From Chiloscyllium plagiosum (lineage: Eukaryota), in contig NC_057718.1 of NCBI RefSeq assembly GCF_004010195.1, positions 28,268,061-28,315,238 of the forward strand: a stretch of 47,178 nucleotides of DNA. The letters run 5' to 3'. The notes below the pieces were generated by a model. The model saw nothing but the letters and a program-made list of their open reading frames with translations. It was not told the origin of the DNA and did no database searches. The translations under genes were made by a program, and so were the position numbers. Shown piece by piece: positions 1 to 13,304 of the stretch (its first letter is position 1; each line of letters starts with the position of its first letter).

Positions 1-358
1 TTATCTTCTCCCATCAGTGTCCCAATGGCAAAATTGAAAATACACAGGATTTCCACTAGGAGGCAGAGCAGCAGTCCACACAGGATGATATGACAGATAT
101 GCAGAGGTGAAGGTCCCATGTTGTGGGGATGGGCAGGAAGTTGCTGGCACAGGTGTTAGCTCACAGATTCAAAAGTCTGGTCACCATATTGAAACAGCAT
201 CTGGACAGGCATTTCCTTTTTGCCATTCAGCAGCATCAGTCTGGCTGTTTGTGAGGAGCTTGTGATCCCTGGATCTTACACAGTAACATTTTGTGAGGGG
301 ATTCAGAGGTCTTAACCAGGGTCTTCATTCTGACCAGAATCTGGATGCAGTGGGAATG

Positions 359-493
359 AAAAAGGAGAAAGTGAGGACTGCAGATGCTGGAGATCAGAGC
401 TAAAAAATGTGTTGCTGGAAGAGCGCAGCAGGTCAGGCAGCATCCAAGGAGCAGGAGAATTGACGTTTCGGGCATAAGCCCTTCTTCAGGAAT
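359..493 (-). mobile_element. Short Penelope-like (PLE) pLTR-derived insert carrying a minimal hammerhead core
   Basis: 11-bp TSD CAGTGGGAATG at 348-358 and 494-504. Minus strand reads ttcCTGAAGAaGGGCttatGCCCGAAAcgTC. Same sequence recurs at 22607, 22838 and 33961. Confidence 0.8.
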
Positions 494-3179
494 CAGTGGG
501 AATGTCATGGTCATCTAGTACATCACTCCATCACTGTACTTTTGGTTACCCTCACCTTACTTCCCTCACCACCCCAAACCGCACCCCCATTGCCCTTGAC
601 TAACTTTCATTACCTGTACAGCTTTCCCCATCACTATCAGTCAGCATCCCCACCCCAGCACACTGGAACTGCTGTCCATCCTCCATTACCCGCAACTAAA
701 CATCTGTCATTCTCAACTCTCCTTCTATCAACCACAACCTGTTGCCCTCAGCGATCAGGACCTCACCATTGACCTTCCCTTTGTAATCCTTGATCTTCCC
801 ATAAAAATGTTTGAGCTCCTGCCTGTTGATGTTTACCTTCCCTGTGTCGTCTAGCTTCCTCCCCATGTTTCCCATGAACCTTCATTGAGCTGCCACTTGC
901 CTCCCTCCCACAATCAATCAAAATATGCTATTCCACTATGGCAACCAATACCTGAATTTAATGCATCATGTCTACCCTCTCATGGTTCAACAAGCTCCCC
1001 ATTTAAATAAAGTAATTCCAAATCCATCCTGCTGTACACCACTGTAAATCAATAATGAACCTGAAGTCATGTATTTCTCATTTGCTGCATGCCTAGTTCC
1101 CAAGGTACAATTTAATCTGGTGAATTTGTGTTTAATAGCATGGATGGCATGCTAATATATTGAAAAGAGGGAACAGTCAATTTCTGTCAGATAGTACAAT
1201 CTGCCCTCAATCCCCGGCCACTTATTAACCAACTTTCATCCTTCCAAACAGAAGCTGAGGTTTTGACTCCCTCTTAATAACTGTACTTGCCCACCTCATT
1301 GTCAGAAGCTCATCAAGATTGGACTCAAGATTTCAAAAGTCCTTTGATGTATAATGCAGAAGACCATCTCTTATTCCACAAGTGAGACTGCTCATTTCCA
1401 TTTTCTATCTAGCCATCTTGTGTCTCTGAAGGTTGCGTGCCATCAGGTATCCATTTTAATGTCAGCTTTGTGCCATCTCAATTATTTCCTGCATGCAATG
1501 TCACTTACACTACAGCCAGACTCTCACTGATCCACCTCTCAACATGTTGACATCAACATTCATACTTCCATACTTCAAATCTCTTCATACCTGCACCCAT
1601 CTCTAATTCTGCAACCTCCTCCAGATCTGTGTCCAACCATCCCTTCTCCATTTTCTTGCTTGTCGCTACCAGTCCCATCCAGACCCCTGGGCTCTGCGCC
1701 ACTATCTGCGATACAATGCTCACTCACAAGCTCAGGCACTCTGCAAGTTCATCCTTAAAACCTTCATCTTGCTATTACTGATCGCAACTTCAAAACACAG
1801 GGTCATCATTACAGGGCTCTGATTACCCTCTCACCAACTTAAGTATCAGTCAGTGCCCAACTGGCTAGGCCTGGTTTTAATGTACTTCGGGGTGGCATTG
1901 AAAGGTTTAAAGTGAGATTTCTTCATACTCACTGATTGGCTGTCTGATCCTATCGCTGGGATTGCAGGCAGGCCCATAGGGAAAAGCCCTGGGTCCTGGA
2001 GTGAGTACATCAGGGGGTTTGTGGGGGTGGGGCTACACATTAGACAGGGAGGGTTTGCCAACCTTAGGGAGGGCATGAGAGGTGGGTGGGTTTTGAATTA
2101 TAGCCAGGGAGGGAGGAGTGTGGGATACTATGTTATCAGCGGATGTCCCAAGGTGCAAAAGACACCTACCAAGGTATAGAGCTTTCCTTCCTACTCATCA
2201 TTCTAAAAATATCAAAAGAAAAGTGATCTGTCCACTCCTGCCCAACTGCTCATGCCAACCATTTTATGGTCGGCACAGGGTGACAAGATCATTTGACCCT
2301 TAATTATTGGTTTATGTTTGGTAATTTCAGCAACCACTGACTCTCCATACAATGAGGATGGGCTCTGGGGTGGGTGGCAAGGTGATGGGCTAGTGACCTG
2401 ACTAGTTTTACAAAAAGACACCCTGTGGGGAAATGGAATTCAGCATGGTGAAATGGACTGAATGCCTTTCTTCCATGCCATAGTAGATTTAAAGGCTCTA
2501 TAGGTATGCTCTAAATCTAGGTGTGGAGCTTTTGTTTACCCTACACATTGACTAACTCATGTGCAAAAAACTTTGAGACTCTTTGTTTTGAAGGAGCTAC
2601 GTTAGTGCAAGTTTTGTTATCACTGTTGTACAGGGGACAAATTGGAATCAAACCAGCAAGCCTACACTTGTACTGTGAAGTCTTCCTTGAAACAGATGCA
2701 AGTGAAACCAGGTCAATTTAACCTTATCTGTACAGCAGGGAATTGCTGGGATTGGATTATCCCGATTTCAGTGAAACTTAAACTAAGTGACGTGTAAACA
2801 AGGCAACCATCTGATCACCTGAGTATCCCCTACTGGGTGTGCCTGTGGTTTAAGCACATTTATAACAATACTGCTAAACTAATGGAGGGAGCTTCAAATG
2901 AACACGTTAGATATTTAGATGCTAGTATTCCACAGAATGATTCCAAGGACTCTGTTTTTGAGAATGTAAAGAATTCCATTATCTCTGCAGAAAATGTTTC
3001 GTTTAGCCAATGAAGAGTAGAATTGAATGAGCTTTATTGTCACATGTACTCAAATGAATACAGTGAAAAGTTTACAAGTCACCACTTACAGCACCATCTT
3101 AGGTAGAAAGGCGCCTGGGTATAGATTCTCTAGTAACCTTAAGTAACATTAAGCAATGTACCATTAAAGTAATGGACGT

Positions 3180-3578
3180 GGTACTCACTGGAAGCGGGCA
3201 GGCAGAAGCAAATTGATGAATATAGAAAGGATTACATGATGAATAGAGATTTTATTGATATGAAAGGGAAACATTACTACGAGAGGATAAGTTATCAACA
3301 ACAAGATAGATATTTTGACTTTAGAGAAATGTAGACATTCAAAATTATATAGTTGCTAGCAAATCATATGATGGCAATTTGCCTCAGGATGTATGGTCCA
3401 AGATGGTTCAGTGATATGGCAGACAACAACAAATTATTCATTCTTGACCAACAAAATGTTAAAGATTATCAGGGCTAGGTGGGAATGTGGAGTTGAGGCA
3501 ACGATCCAATCAGATCCAATCTTATTGAATTGAAGGGCTAGATGGCCAAATCCTGGCTCTAACTCTTGTATTTCTTAT
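3180..3578 (+). mobile_element. Degenerate CR1-type LINE 3' fragment
   Basis: Ends in a CR1-like 3' UTR (gaagggctagatggccaaatcctggctctaactcttgtatttctta). Similar to the CR1 tails at 35860 and 42750 in reverse. Confidence 0.45.
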
Positions 3579-3757
3579 ATTTGTAGAAGAGCTCAATTGT
3601 TTTTGATCCCAGTATATCACTGATCACAAATTGACAATATAATCAGTTATAAATTGCAAGTCACATCACACCATGCTGTGATAGAAATGCCTTTCTTTCT
3701 GCAGAGACACTGCAACCTCCAGGCATCTCATCCAAGTGATGATTCTTGGTGCATCGG

Positions 3758-3846
3758 TATTTTTAGTCAACTTGTTCAGACATGTTACAACACACCTCTG
3801 GAGCAAGTAGGATTTGAACCCAGGCTTCTTGGTCAGGGAAGAGGAA
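3758..3846 (-). mobile_element. Short tRNA-derived SINE (non-HE1 family)
   Basis: B-box-like GGGTTCAAATCC on the minus strand. A homologous copy lies at ~27803-27905 on the plus strand. Confidence 0.5.
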
Positions 3847-5597
3847 AGAGCTTTTTGGAAGTTCCTTCTTCCCTGGTCTGTAAAGGAATGAACATAAAGC
3901 TGGAAACTGATACATCAAGTCAGTAAATGTATAATGATCTCCAGAAAAGCCTGGGTGTACCAACAAGGTGATGGGAAGAACCCAGGATAGGAAATCAATC
4001 TTACCTCAAAGGCAGTAACTTTTATTTTGTACAAAAACGTCCATTAGCAACTCTGTTACTCAGGGACTGACAGCATAGTGCATTTGGAGAGGGAGAAAGT
4101 GGGCACTTTCTCCCCCAGCCTAAAGGCTCGCCTGTGCTGCGGTTTTTGGCTGCTTGCAGCAGGCTGACATTTACCACCCTCTGATAAATGAGATACCAGC
4201 CAGTGATCTGCTGAAAACCCCTGCAGAATCACTGCTTCAGGGAATCAACAGCTGTGGTTGCAATCCTCATTCTCACTCATAATCAGTGGAGTTTGCATCC
4301 CTTAGATTATTAGCTGCTACTGTTTACCTAGCCTTTCCTCTACTGTAATCCAAAGGCACTAAAGCTGGTTGTGTCATCCCGCTGATGTAATTAAGTCAAT
4401 GCGTCACTGATGGGCTTGGTTTTAATTGGAAGGTATTTGTAACATATTAATACTTGCCATCATTCCTTTTCATTGCAGAAGCAATATTATGTCAAAGAAA
4501 TAATTGTCAGAAAGCATCATTAAGCATGAATAGCAAATCCGTGAGATGGTGTGTTTAAATATACAGTACATACAAGCCAAACTAAAGCCAAGGGCAAGGA
4601 AGGAAATTAAAAAAGAGAGAAAGTAGCAGCAATTGCACCAATTAATGGATTGCTTGTGTGTCTCATCTCATATCATTCTATTCATCTTTATTCAACAGAA
4701 ATAGACAACACACAGAGATGAGGCAATTAGGAAAGAGCTGCCTAGTAATTTGGGAATGAGCACTGAAGTGAACTTACAGCACTAAATTGGATCTTCTGGA
4801 GCATTACTATAAACTACAGCAGCATAGTTACTATAAACAATTTTACAGCCAAGGTACTCTATGTACAATTATTCATTATCTGTGTGTGTAACCTCCTGTC
4901 TTGATCCCCTGTGGTATTGTATAGTCTCATTATGGAATTATAGAGTGGAAGCTTCAACTATGGAAGCAACGTTCAGCTTCAAGTATGGAAATGAGGGTCA
5001 TTTCCAATCAGGATGGGCATGGTTTTTTCACACGACCGTTGACTCAGCATATTTGAATGCACAAGGACCCAAGGTAAATCTGTTGAAGGGCTGACAGGCA
5101 GATGTCTTCACCCCCAATGTGGCGTTGTGGAGTCTGTGGTCCTACCACCATATTGAAAGTGCCCTGGACAACCACTCATTCTCTACAAGCCAGGAGCATC
5201 ACTCAGGGTGTTGGAGTAAATGCCTGCAACTAAACATTCTCTCCATTCCCCCCTTCCACAGTCCTTCCCCATTCTGATTTCTACCCTGAGACAGATAGAC
5301 ATCCACTCCAGGACAACATCTTTAGCCTATGCCCATTATATTCCAGCCTCACTCCCTTAATAATCTTCCATGTCTCATGCAACTTAGACCATCAATGTCT
5401 AATTTTATTCATGGCATAAAATAGATGAACAATCCCAATAAAAAACAAAGCAGTGGCTAATCCATTTGAGGTTCAGCAAATACTGCTGTCTGCCTGTTAT
5501 GTGCAATCTGGAATTGGAAGGAATGTATTGCTTGCTTGCAGACTACTTAATTCTGGTCAGCTGTTTTTTTAATGAGCATACATGATAAGCAATACAT

Positions 5598-6275
5598 TGT
5601 TATAGATCAGGCCAGCCTCCCCGCCCCCCACCCTCCAAAACATTTCAAGAAAGCAGCCTGGACCCTTAACTTTTCTTGTTGTTTTAAGCAAGTGTGAAGT
5701 GGATATTCCAGGAGTGATGCAGCTGGTCAAACCACTTAGTTTTAAACAAACCAGAATTTATTTACAAAATTACTGAATGAAAAACAAACCAAAGAGAACA
5801 GAATAGAGAATAACTTAACCTATCCGAAAACCTGTCATATTATCCCAATTTATTGATGCTGTTCCAAATACTTGCAATAATCCCCATAAACACCTCTTGG
5901 CACAAAAGTTAAAATCAAACACAGGGTCTTACAGGAGAGAGAGAGAGAAAAAAATGGCAGAGAGATTCTCCCATATCACTGTTTCATTGATCAGCAGCCT
6001 CAAAACTACTGTCTGCTTTCAGTGAACAGCCAGACTGCTAAAACCAAACCAAACCCAACCAGTGGAAAGCTCAGCTGGGAGAACTAGCCAATCCCCCTTT
6101 CATTGTTCAAGCTTTCTTTCAACACTTGTTTGCCCGAGACAGTATCTGTTAGCTATAATCACATTGGCCCTAAAACCCTCCAAACCTACACCTTTCAGAA
6201 TCACTGCTTTTACGACCTCTCTAAAAGAAAAAGCCAAGGACAGCATAACCTTGTTAAAGGAGCAGCATCATGATG
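5598..6275 (-). repeat. 3' LTR of the Gmr1-like element
   Basis: Starts TGTTA and aligns by eye with 12459-13140. Adjacent cctcccctctt (6276-6286) is the minus-strand PPT. Confidence 0.88.
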
Positions 6276-6469
6276 CCTCCCCTCTTCAACCATCAATATC
6301 CAAAGATGGCTTCATTTTAAAACCCCTTAATTTTAAATTGTTAATACACTTCAGCATACATGTATATTGCATTGACAATAATCATGCAAACATGCACTAC
6401 TACATTTTGTTTCAGTCTGTTTTCCTCCCGCCACCAAACGCCTCCATTTCTCGTTCAAGTCTCGACAGT

Positions 6470-7950
6470 ATGTCAGCAATCACGTTTTCTCATCTTGCCA
6501 CATATGTAATGTTCAAATTGAATGGCTGTAACAACAAGCTACATCTACAGAGTCTGGCATTTTTGTTCTTAAATTTCTCTACAAACTTCAATGGATTATG
6601 ATCTGTGTATATGATTGTCTCAGACACATTACTGGTAACATAAACATTGAAATGTTGTAACGCCAGGACCAAGCTCAAAGTCTCCTCCTCAATTGTCAAA
6701 TATTTCTGCTGATCAAATTGAATGGCTGTATCAACAAGCTACATCTACAGAGTCTGGCATTTTTGTTCTTAAATTTCTCTACAAACTTCAATGGATTATG
6801 ATCTGTGTATATGTCTCAGACACATTACTGGTAACATAAACATTGAAATGTTGTAACGCCAGGACCAAGCTCAAAGCCTCCTCCTCAATTGTCAAATATT
6901 TCTGCTGATGAATGTTCAATTTCCTGGAGAAATACCCAACAGGCCTTTCTATCTTCTCGTCTTCTTGTAAGAGCACAGCACTGACACCCACATCACTCGC
7001 ATCGATAGCCACCTTGATGTCTTTGCATAATCAGGCATGGCTAACACTTGGATAGTGGTTAACATGGCTTTCAGGCTGTCAAATGCCTTCTGACTGTCCG
7101 CTGTCCACTGAAACCTCTTACCTTTCTTTAGCAATTCAATGAGTGGAGTAGACAACTGCTAAAATCTGGGATGAATTTTCAATAAAGTCCATTCAATCGT
7201 AGTATTGCTCTTTTTGTTGATGGTATGGGAACTCCCCGATTACCTTTTGTTTTTGCATTCCATGGGGCCATGTGTCCATGTCAGAAAACATGGCCCAGGA
7301 GGGTGACTAGGGTTTTGGCAAACTCCCTTTTAGCCAGGTTTATCACCAAGCCTGCCTTCCGAAGTTGATCGAACAATTCTGATAAATGTTGCAAATGTTC
7401 CTTCCATGTGTGACTAAAAATCATCAGGTCATCAATATATACGGCACAATTGGGTAATCCAGCAATGACCTTAATTGGTTAGTCTCTGAAATGTGGCAGG
7501 CGCATTTTTCATTCCAAACAACATGACTTTAAACCTATGTAGTCCATTCGGCATTATGAAAGCCGAAATTGTCTTCGCCGTTTTGGACAAAGGTACCTGC
7601 CAGTATCCTCTGAGCAAGTCCAACATAGAACCATAGTTGCTTGTCCCACCTTTTCGAACAGTTTTCCAAACATGGAATCAGATATGCATTAGTCTTTGTC
7701 ATGGCATTGACTTCGTGATAGTCCACACATAATCGTTGGGTACCACCTGATTTTGGCACCATTGCTATGGGTGAGCTCCAGTCAGTGTAACTTACTTCAG
7801 TTATGTCATCTTGGAGCATGCATTCAATCTCCTTTTGAACCTGTGTCAATGTTAGAGTTGACACAGAACAGCATCTCCTATATCTACCTCGTGGCATAAT
7901 TAGGTTAGCACTTCCTAGTTTATTTCCACATATCTCCCCATGCAATATAA
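6470..7950 (-). pseudogene. Gypsy RT-RNase H remnants
   Basis: ORF fragments WSSPIAMVPKSGGTQRLCVDY, YIDD, FQWT...AFDSLK, DASDVGVSAVLLQ, EEEALSLVLALQHF. Confidence 0.88.
6513..6909. repeat. Tandem duplication (~200-bp unit) inside the RNase H region
   Basis: tcaaattgaatggctgta...aaatatttctgctga occurs twice, starting at 6513 and 6713. The second copy lacks 4 bp. Confidence 0.9.
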
Positions 7951-8149
7951 TAACTCTCAGGTCATTTCAATTTTCCTCTGGAAGGTAACTCAATAATTGA
8001 TACCAATTTTTGACAACTTCCTCATTGTCCAATTTAATTTGAGGAATGTCCAATTCCGAATCCTCGGATCTTGATTTTTCCCTCTGTGTTGTAACCAATA
8101 ACACAGTCTCCTTTGGCTTTCCTTCTCTATCAAAATTCCTTTTGAGCAT

Positions 8150-10050
8150 GTTCATATGACACACTCTGAGATTTCTTTCTGTCTGGAGTCCTTATCAAAA
8201 GGTTCACCTCACTCAATTTCCTTTTGACTTGATAAAGTCCACTAAACCTTTTAAAGGTTCACCTATCACTGGAGTAACACAAACACCTTATCTCCAATAG
8301 CAATATTGATTTCTTGTGTGCTTCCTGTTTCATTGTATGCTGTGATGCTTTTAAATGTTGTCTGGCCAACTCCCCCGCTCTATTTATTTATTCCCTAAAA
8401 TTTGACACATTGTCCAAATATGTGGTCTCTGAATTCTGATTTACCAAGTTCTCCTTTATCAATTTTAGCAGTCCTCACACTTCATGCCGAAAACTAAACC
8501 AAATGGACTAAATTTGGTTGATTCATTTGGTGCTGATTGCAAAAAATACAAACAGAATTCCTTTATCCCAACCATCTGGCTACTCTTGACTATAAGCCCT
8601 CAACATGGTTTTTAATGTCTGATGCCACCTCTCTAATGCTCCCTTTGACTCTGGATGGTACGCAATAGATTTGAAGTATTTTATTCCTAAACTTGAATAA
8701 TTTTGATATGAAGTTTGACCTTTAATTTGATTGTATATCTGTGGATAATCCATATCTAATGAAAAATTTGAGCAATTCCTCTACAATCCTTTTAGCTGTG
8801 ATATTGCATAATGGAGTGGCTTTTGGAAATCTAGTGGAGCCATCCATTATTGCTAACAAATACTGATTCTCACTTTTTGTTTGAGGTAGGTGCCCTACTG
8901 TTATGGCACAGCAGTGAACCCCTCTGTTAATTAAACCAAACACCCAGAAATGCCTTGCAACCTGTTAAAATATGAGTGACAGAGAACTCCCAAATTCCAC
9001 TATTTAAAGAAAATAATATCAATAACTCTAAAAGTGAACATTAAACAACAACTATTCACAACTCTGAGCCCTCCTTTCTCTTAACTGCTTATTACTGTCT
9101 CCAAATCTCTAACAATATGTTGTTCCAATGAAACACATATTAAGTTGATTATAATCAATAATGCTGTTGTCATCAGTGTCTGTTTTCTTCCAGCTGAAGA
9201 TCTCCCTGGGTTGTCTTCTTTCTTTTTACTATGAATATGTTTCATGTGAAAAGGTACCTTTGATACAGAGTGTTTCAATCTTTTGGGTCTCTCTCTCTCT
9301 CTCTCTGTCTGTCCCTCTCAATGGCAGTTACTCTGTCAATGGCAATTACTCTGTCGGACTTTCAAAATGCCTGTTTTTTCTTTACCCCCAACATCAAATC
9401 GCCTCATGGGTTTGATGTTGGCACAAACAATAAATTCATACTTGATTGGGTTTTAGTATCCTAAGACATTATTTAAACTGTTTGGTTGAATTCAAATTGT
9501 TGTCAAAACAGCAACCAACTCAGGTATCTATTTCACAGTCAAATGTTGCATATTTTCAATTTTCCAGTAGAGTCTGAGACTGCTAGCTAGTCATATGACA
9601 GGTTCTTGTAAGCTCTCAGTGCAAAACAGCATTCACTCTCTTTTTAAGGTACAGTACATGCCTTCAATTTCATAACATTACATAATCAATTAAGACTCTT
9701 GTAAAAGGTTCTTCAAATGTAGGAATAGGAATTAAAGGTGTGGGTTTTATTACTGCTTGTGGCTTTCCAATTACCTGACATGCATGATATGTCTGACAAA
9801 ATTCAATTACATCCCTGTACAGTCCAGGCCAGTAAAAATGGTTTTGTATTTTTAGCTTCTGTTTTTCTCACTCTGAAATGATCCTCTAGTGGTAGTTTGT
9901 TAGCTACCACAACCCCTCCTTTCTATAACCTACTAGCAATACGACTTGATGAACTTCTGCCCATTTCTCATCTGCCTGAATATGCCATTTCCTCATTAAG
10001 ACATCATTTTTAACATAGTAACATTCAGGAATACAGTCGGATTATTTTTT
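8150..10050 (-). pseudogene. Gypsy integrase remnant (HHCC, DDE core, GPY/F), split by a solo LTR
   Basis: FEEPFTRVLIDY (~9680-9715) continues as GHLPQTKSENQYLLAIMD (below 8898). SIAYHPESKGALERWHQTLK at ~8610-8670 and FSGLYQV at ~8230-8250. Confidence 0.82.
8899..9677 (-). mobile_element. Solo LTR inserted in the integrase
   Basis: TGTTATG...CATAACA termini and 4-bp TSD CTAC/TTAC. Ends are related to the solo LTR at 28186-28897. Confidence 0.82.
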
Positions 10051-10299
10051 CACCTATGCCTTTTGATACAATTGCTTTACATTTTCAAATTTCTGCTGTA
10101 ACTTCATAATTTATCTGAGCTAAAGATGTCTGCTTTGTCATCTATCTGCTTCTGGATTGTGTCAACCATCTGATCAAACAGGGTTATTGCTAATTCCACT
10201 TCATCTTTCTTATCTATACTGTTTGATCTCTCCTATTTCAACTGGTGACTTTGTGGCTTTGTTCCTACACAGTCAGGAAAATTCCCAAGATATGTGTCC

Positions 10300-12310
10300 A
10301 GCAATAGTTCAGTTGCCTGAGTTTCCACTGGCTTTTCACCTTACCGGTGAATCAATTATATTGTTAGCAAGGACAAACTGTATTTCTGGAGCTGAGAGTT
10401 TGTCCAAAACTCCTACCATGACTTCTCCACTCTTCACTGGACATGTTAACCTCACTTGACATAACTGAGCGCTTCTTGTCTCACCATGAATTCCTGTATC
10501 TTTTCTGGGAATGGTCTGTCATATCTCCTCATCTTTTAGCAACTCAGATTGAGGGGATCCTATATGTCTGAACACTGTAACCTCTTTACCTGTTGCTCCT
10601 GGCCTATGCGAGTAAACTTTACCTTCATAGGTATATGGTTTAAGAAGATCTAGCACTTCCTCCGTAACCAATCTCCAACCAGCTTGTACATTCTGGTGCA
10701 GCTTTCTAGCCTCCACTGTGCTTTCCATTACCACTCCAACAAAATTCACTGGCTTATTCTGTTTTCCTACATCTGGCTTCCCAGTACTTCTCCTAACCCA
10801 CCAACACTGTGATTTCATTTATTACAGTGAAAACACTGGAGTCTTTAAAATTCTCTTTCCACTTCTTTTTACCCTGTGGTAAGGTATCCTTATGATCTTC
10901 ACTGAGATCTACCTTTCCCTTTCCATGTGAGGATTTCTCTTTACCCCCATTTCTATCCATCATGGATTGAAATTGATTTTGGAAGCCAAACTTTGATTTA
11001 TGGACCAACTCATAACCATCAGCCATTTCAGCTGCTAATCTTGCCATTTTAACTCTCTGCACTTCCCCATGCGCTCTCACTACTTCAGGAATTTTTGAAC
11101 TCCTCCAAAATAATCATCTCTCTAAGATCATCATAGGTTTGCTCTATTTTAGTGTCCTTATCCACCTATCAAAATTACTTTGTTCGATCCTTTCAAGCTC
11201 AATGTAGATTTGACCACGGACCCTTCTTAGATTCCTGAAATGTTGTCTGGAGGCTTCTGGCACAAGCTCATATCAACTTAAAATGGCATTTTTCACTTCC
11301 TCATACCCCCCAGATAGCTCCTCTGATAGTGATACAATTACCTCACTAGCTCCACCTACAAGTTTTGTTTAAATCAGCAAAACCCACATGGCCGCTGCAT
11401 TTTTTTAGCCCTCTTTTCAAATTAGATGAAAAAGATTTCCACATCCTTCTTATCAAATGTGGGCAATGCTTGGACATATTTAAACAGTTTCTCACCAGGC
11501 CTTTGGCTGCCATGGGTTTGCTCCCCCTCACACTGTTACTCATTAAGCTTACCTTTAACCTTCATCTCCATCCTTTGAAGCTGACTTCCCTGTCTAAGTG
11601 CAAATGTCTAAAGTTCAAACTCCCTCTCTTTTGCTCTTTCCTTTCTCTCCTTAACTCTCTTTTCTGTCTCTCTTTTTTTTTCTCTCTCTCTTTCCTCTGC
11701 TTTTACTCGTAATTCAAACTATTTCATTTCTGTTGCCCTTTCCTTGTCTTTTGTCTCTAACTGAAGCTGCTTTATTTTCAATTGAACTTTAGCCATCTCT
11801 AAAGATTCTGGGGGCATTTCCAGCAAATTTAAATGCTGAGCTATTGTCGTAATTATCCCTCCTTCCCTCACAGAAGGAGGCAGCTCCAACCCCAGCTTGT
11901 CTGCTAATTCCAGCAGCTTGGCCTTAATCACCTTTTGTAATCCCCCAAAGTCACTTCTTTCACCCTCAGAACATGGTGGCATAGTGGTTAGCACTGCTGC
12001 CTCACAGCGCCAGAGACCCGGGTTCAATTCCCGCCTCAGGCGACTGACTGTGTGGAGTTTGCACGTTCTCCCAGTGTCTGTGTGGGTTTCCTCCGGGTGC
12101 TCCGTTTCCTCCCACAGTCCAAAGATGTGCAGGTCAGGTGAATTGGCCATGCTAAATTGTTAGGTAGTGTTAGGTAAGGGGTACATGTAGGGGTATGGGT
12201 GGGTTGCGCTTCGGCGGGGCGGTGTGGACTTGTTGGGCCGAAGGGCCTGTTTCCACACTGTAAGTAATCTAATCTAATATAATCTAAAAACACTCTTGGT
12301 GACTGAAAGA
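10300..12310 (-). pseudogene. Gypsy gag (SCAN-like capsid, degenerate zinc knuckle) and protease remnants
   Basis: YEEVKNAILS.YELVPEASRQHFRNL (~11230-11310) and IILEEFKNS, CFHCNK knuckle (~10815-10835), protease-like VTVFRHIGSPQS (~10550-10585). Interrupted by an HE1 SINE. Confidence 0.7.
11974..12290 (+). mobile_element. HE1-type tRNA-derived V-SINE
   Basis: tRNA-like head (GTGGTTAGCAC...GGTTCAATTCC), V-domain core tgtgtggagtttgcacgttctcc...tcctcccacagtccaaagatgtgc, (AATCT)n tail. Removing it restores the gag sequence. Confidence 0.9.
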
Positions 12311-12435
12311 GCAGTTGCTATCCCAAGCACTGTTTAAACCAAGCGAATTCAAAAGTTGCAACAAAAGGCATTAACACCTGCCACTTGTTGCTTTTGATCC
12401 CAACAACCCTAATCCCAATTTGGAACTATCAAACA

Positions 12436-12455
12436 AATCCCCCAATGAGCCCCCA
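12436..12455 (-). promoter_or_regulatory. Primer-binding site, tRNA-Pro-like (degenerate)
   Basis: Minus strand TGGGGGCTCATTGGGGGATT next to the 5' LTR, compared with the tRNA-Pro complement TGGGGGCTCGTCCGGGATT. Confidence 0.7.
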
Positions 12456-12458
12456 ATC

Positions 12459-13140
12459 TGTTATGGACCGGGCCAGACCTCTTCAAAACATTTCAAGAAA
12501 GCAGCCTGGAGCCTAACTTTGCTTGTTGTTTTAAGCAGATGTACAGCAAATATTCTAGGAGTGATGCAGGTGGTCAAACCGCTTAGTTTTAAACACAACA
12601 GAAATTATTTATAAGATTACTGAATGAAAAACAAACAAAAGAGAACAGAATATAGAATAACTTAATCTTATATAAAACCCGACACATTATCCCAACTTAA
12701 TGATGCTGTTCCAAATACTTGCAACAATCCCCATAAACCCCCCTTAGCACAAAAGGTAAAATCAAACTCAGGGTCTTACAGGAGAGAGGGATGGCAGAGC
12801 GATTCAGCATGGAACACTTTCTCCTATGTAGTGTTTGTTAGACCTCAAAACTACTGATTGCTTTCATTGAACAGCCAGACTGCTAAAACCAAACCAAATC
12901 AAACCAGAAGAAAGCTGAGCTAGGAGAACTGGCCAACCTCCCCCCCCCATCCCCATTTCATTGTTCAAGCTTTTTTTTCACACTCGAAAGCCATTTGACT
13001 AAGGCTATATCTGTTAGCTATAATCACATTGGCCCTCAATCCCTTCAAACCATGACCTTTCAGAATCTCTGCTTTTACGACCTCTCTGAAAGAAAAAGCC
13101 AAGGACAGCATAGCCTTGTTAAAGGAGCAGCATCATCACA
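12459..13140 (-). repeat. 5' LTR of the Gmr1-like element
   Basis: TGTTATGG...CATCACA termini. Homologous to 5598-6275. Confidence 0.9.
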
Positions 13141-13304
13141 ACATGAAAATACATACAAGCTGGAACCATCTTTAAAATTTGAGAACTTAATTGTGAGCTT
13201 TCATTGCCCCATTGGGTATTTGATTTTTTTGGGCCCAAGGGGACACAATGAAGTTCCTCTGCCTGTCTTGCTTCCTGATGCCAGAAAAACACAGGTTTCC
13301 TCCC

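Larger units (their letters stand above)
5598..13140 (-). mobile_element. Full-length decayed Ty3/Gypsy LTR retrotransposon, Gmr1-like (gag-PR-INT-RT-RH)
   Basis: Two related LTRs and a 4-bp TSD ACAT (5594-5597, 13141-13144). tRNA-Pro-like PBS and polypurine tract on the minus strand. Protein motifs: RT AVYIDDL (~7428-7439), RNase H DASDVG...YTDHNPL, integrase HFYWPGL / YHPESKGALERWHQTLK. Many stops and frameshifts. Confidence 0.92.

Noticed and set aside
6062..6601. 179-aa plus-strand ORF
   Set aside because: Antisense across the LTR/PPT/RNase H junction, with no protein motif.
11974..12050. tRNA-like A/B boxes
   Set aside because: Head of an HE1 SINE, not a tRNA gene. The same applies to the other copies.
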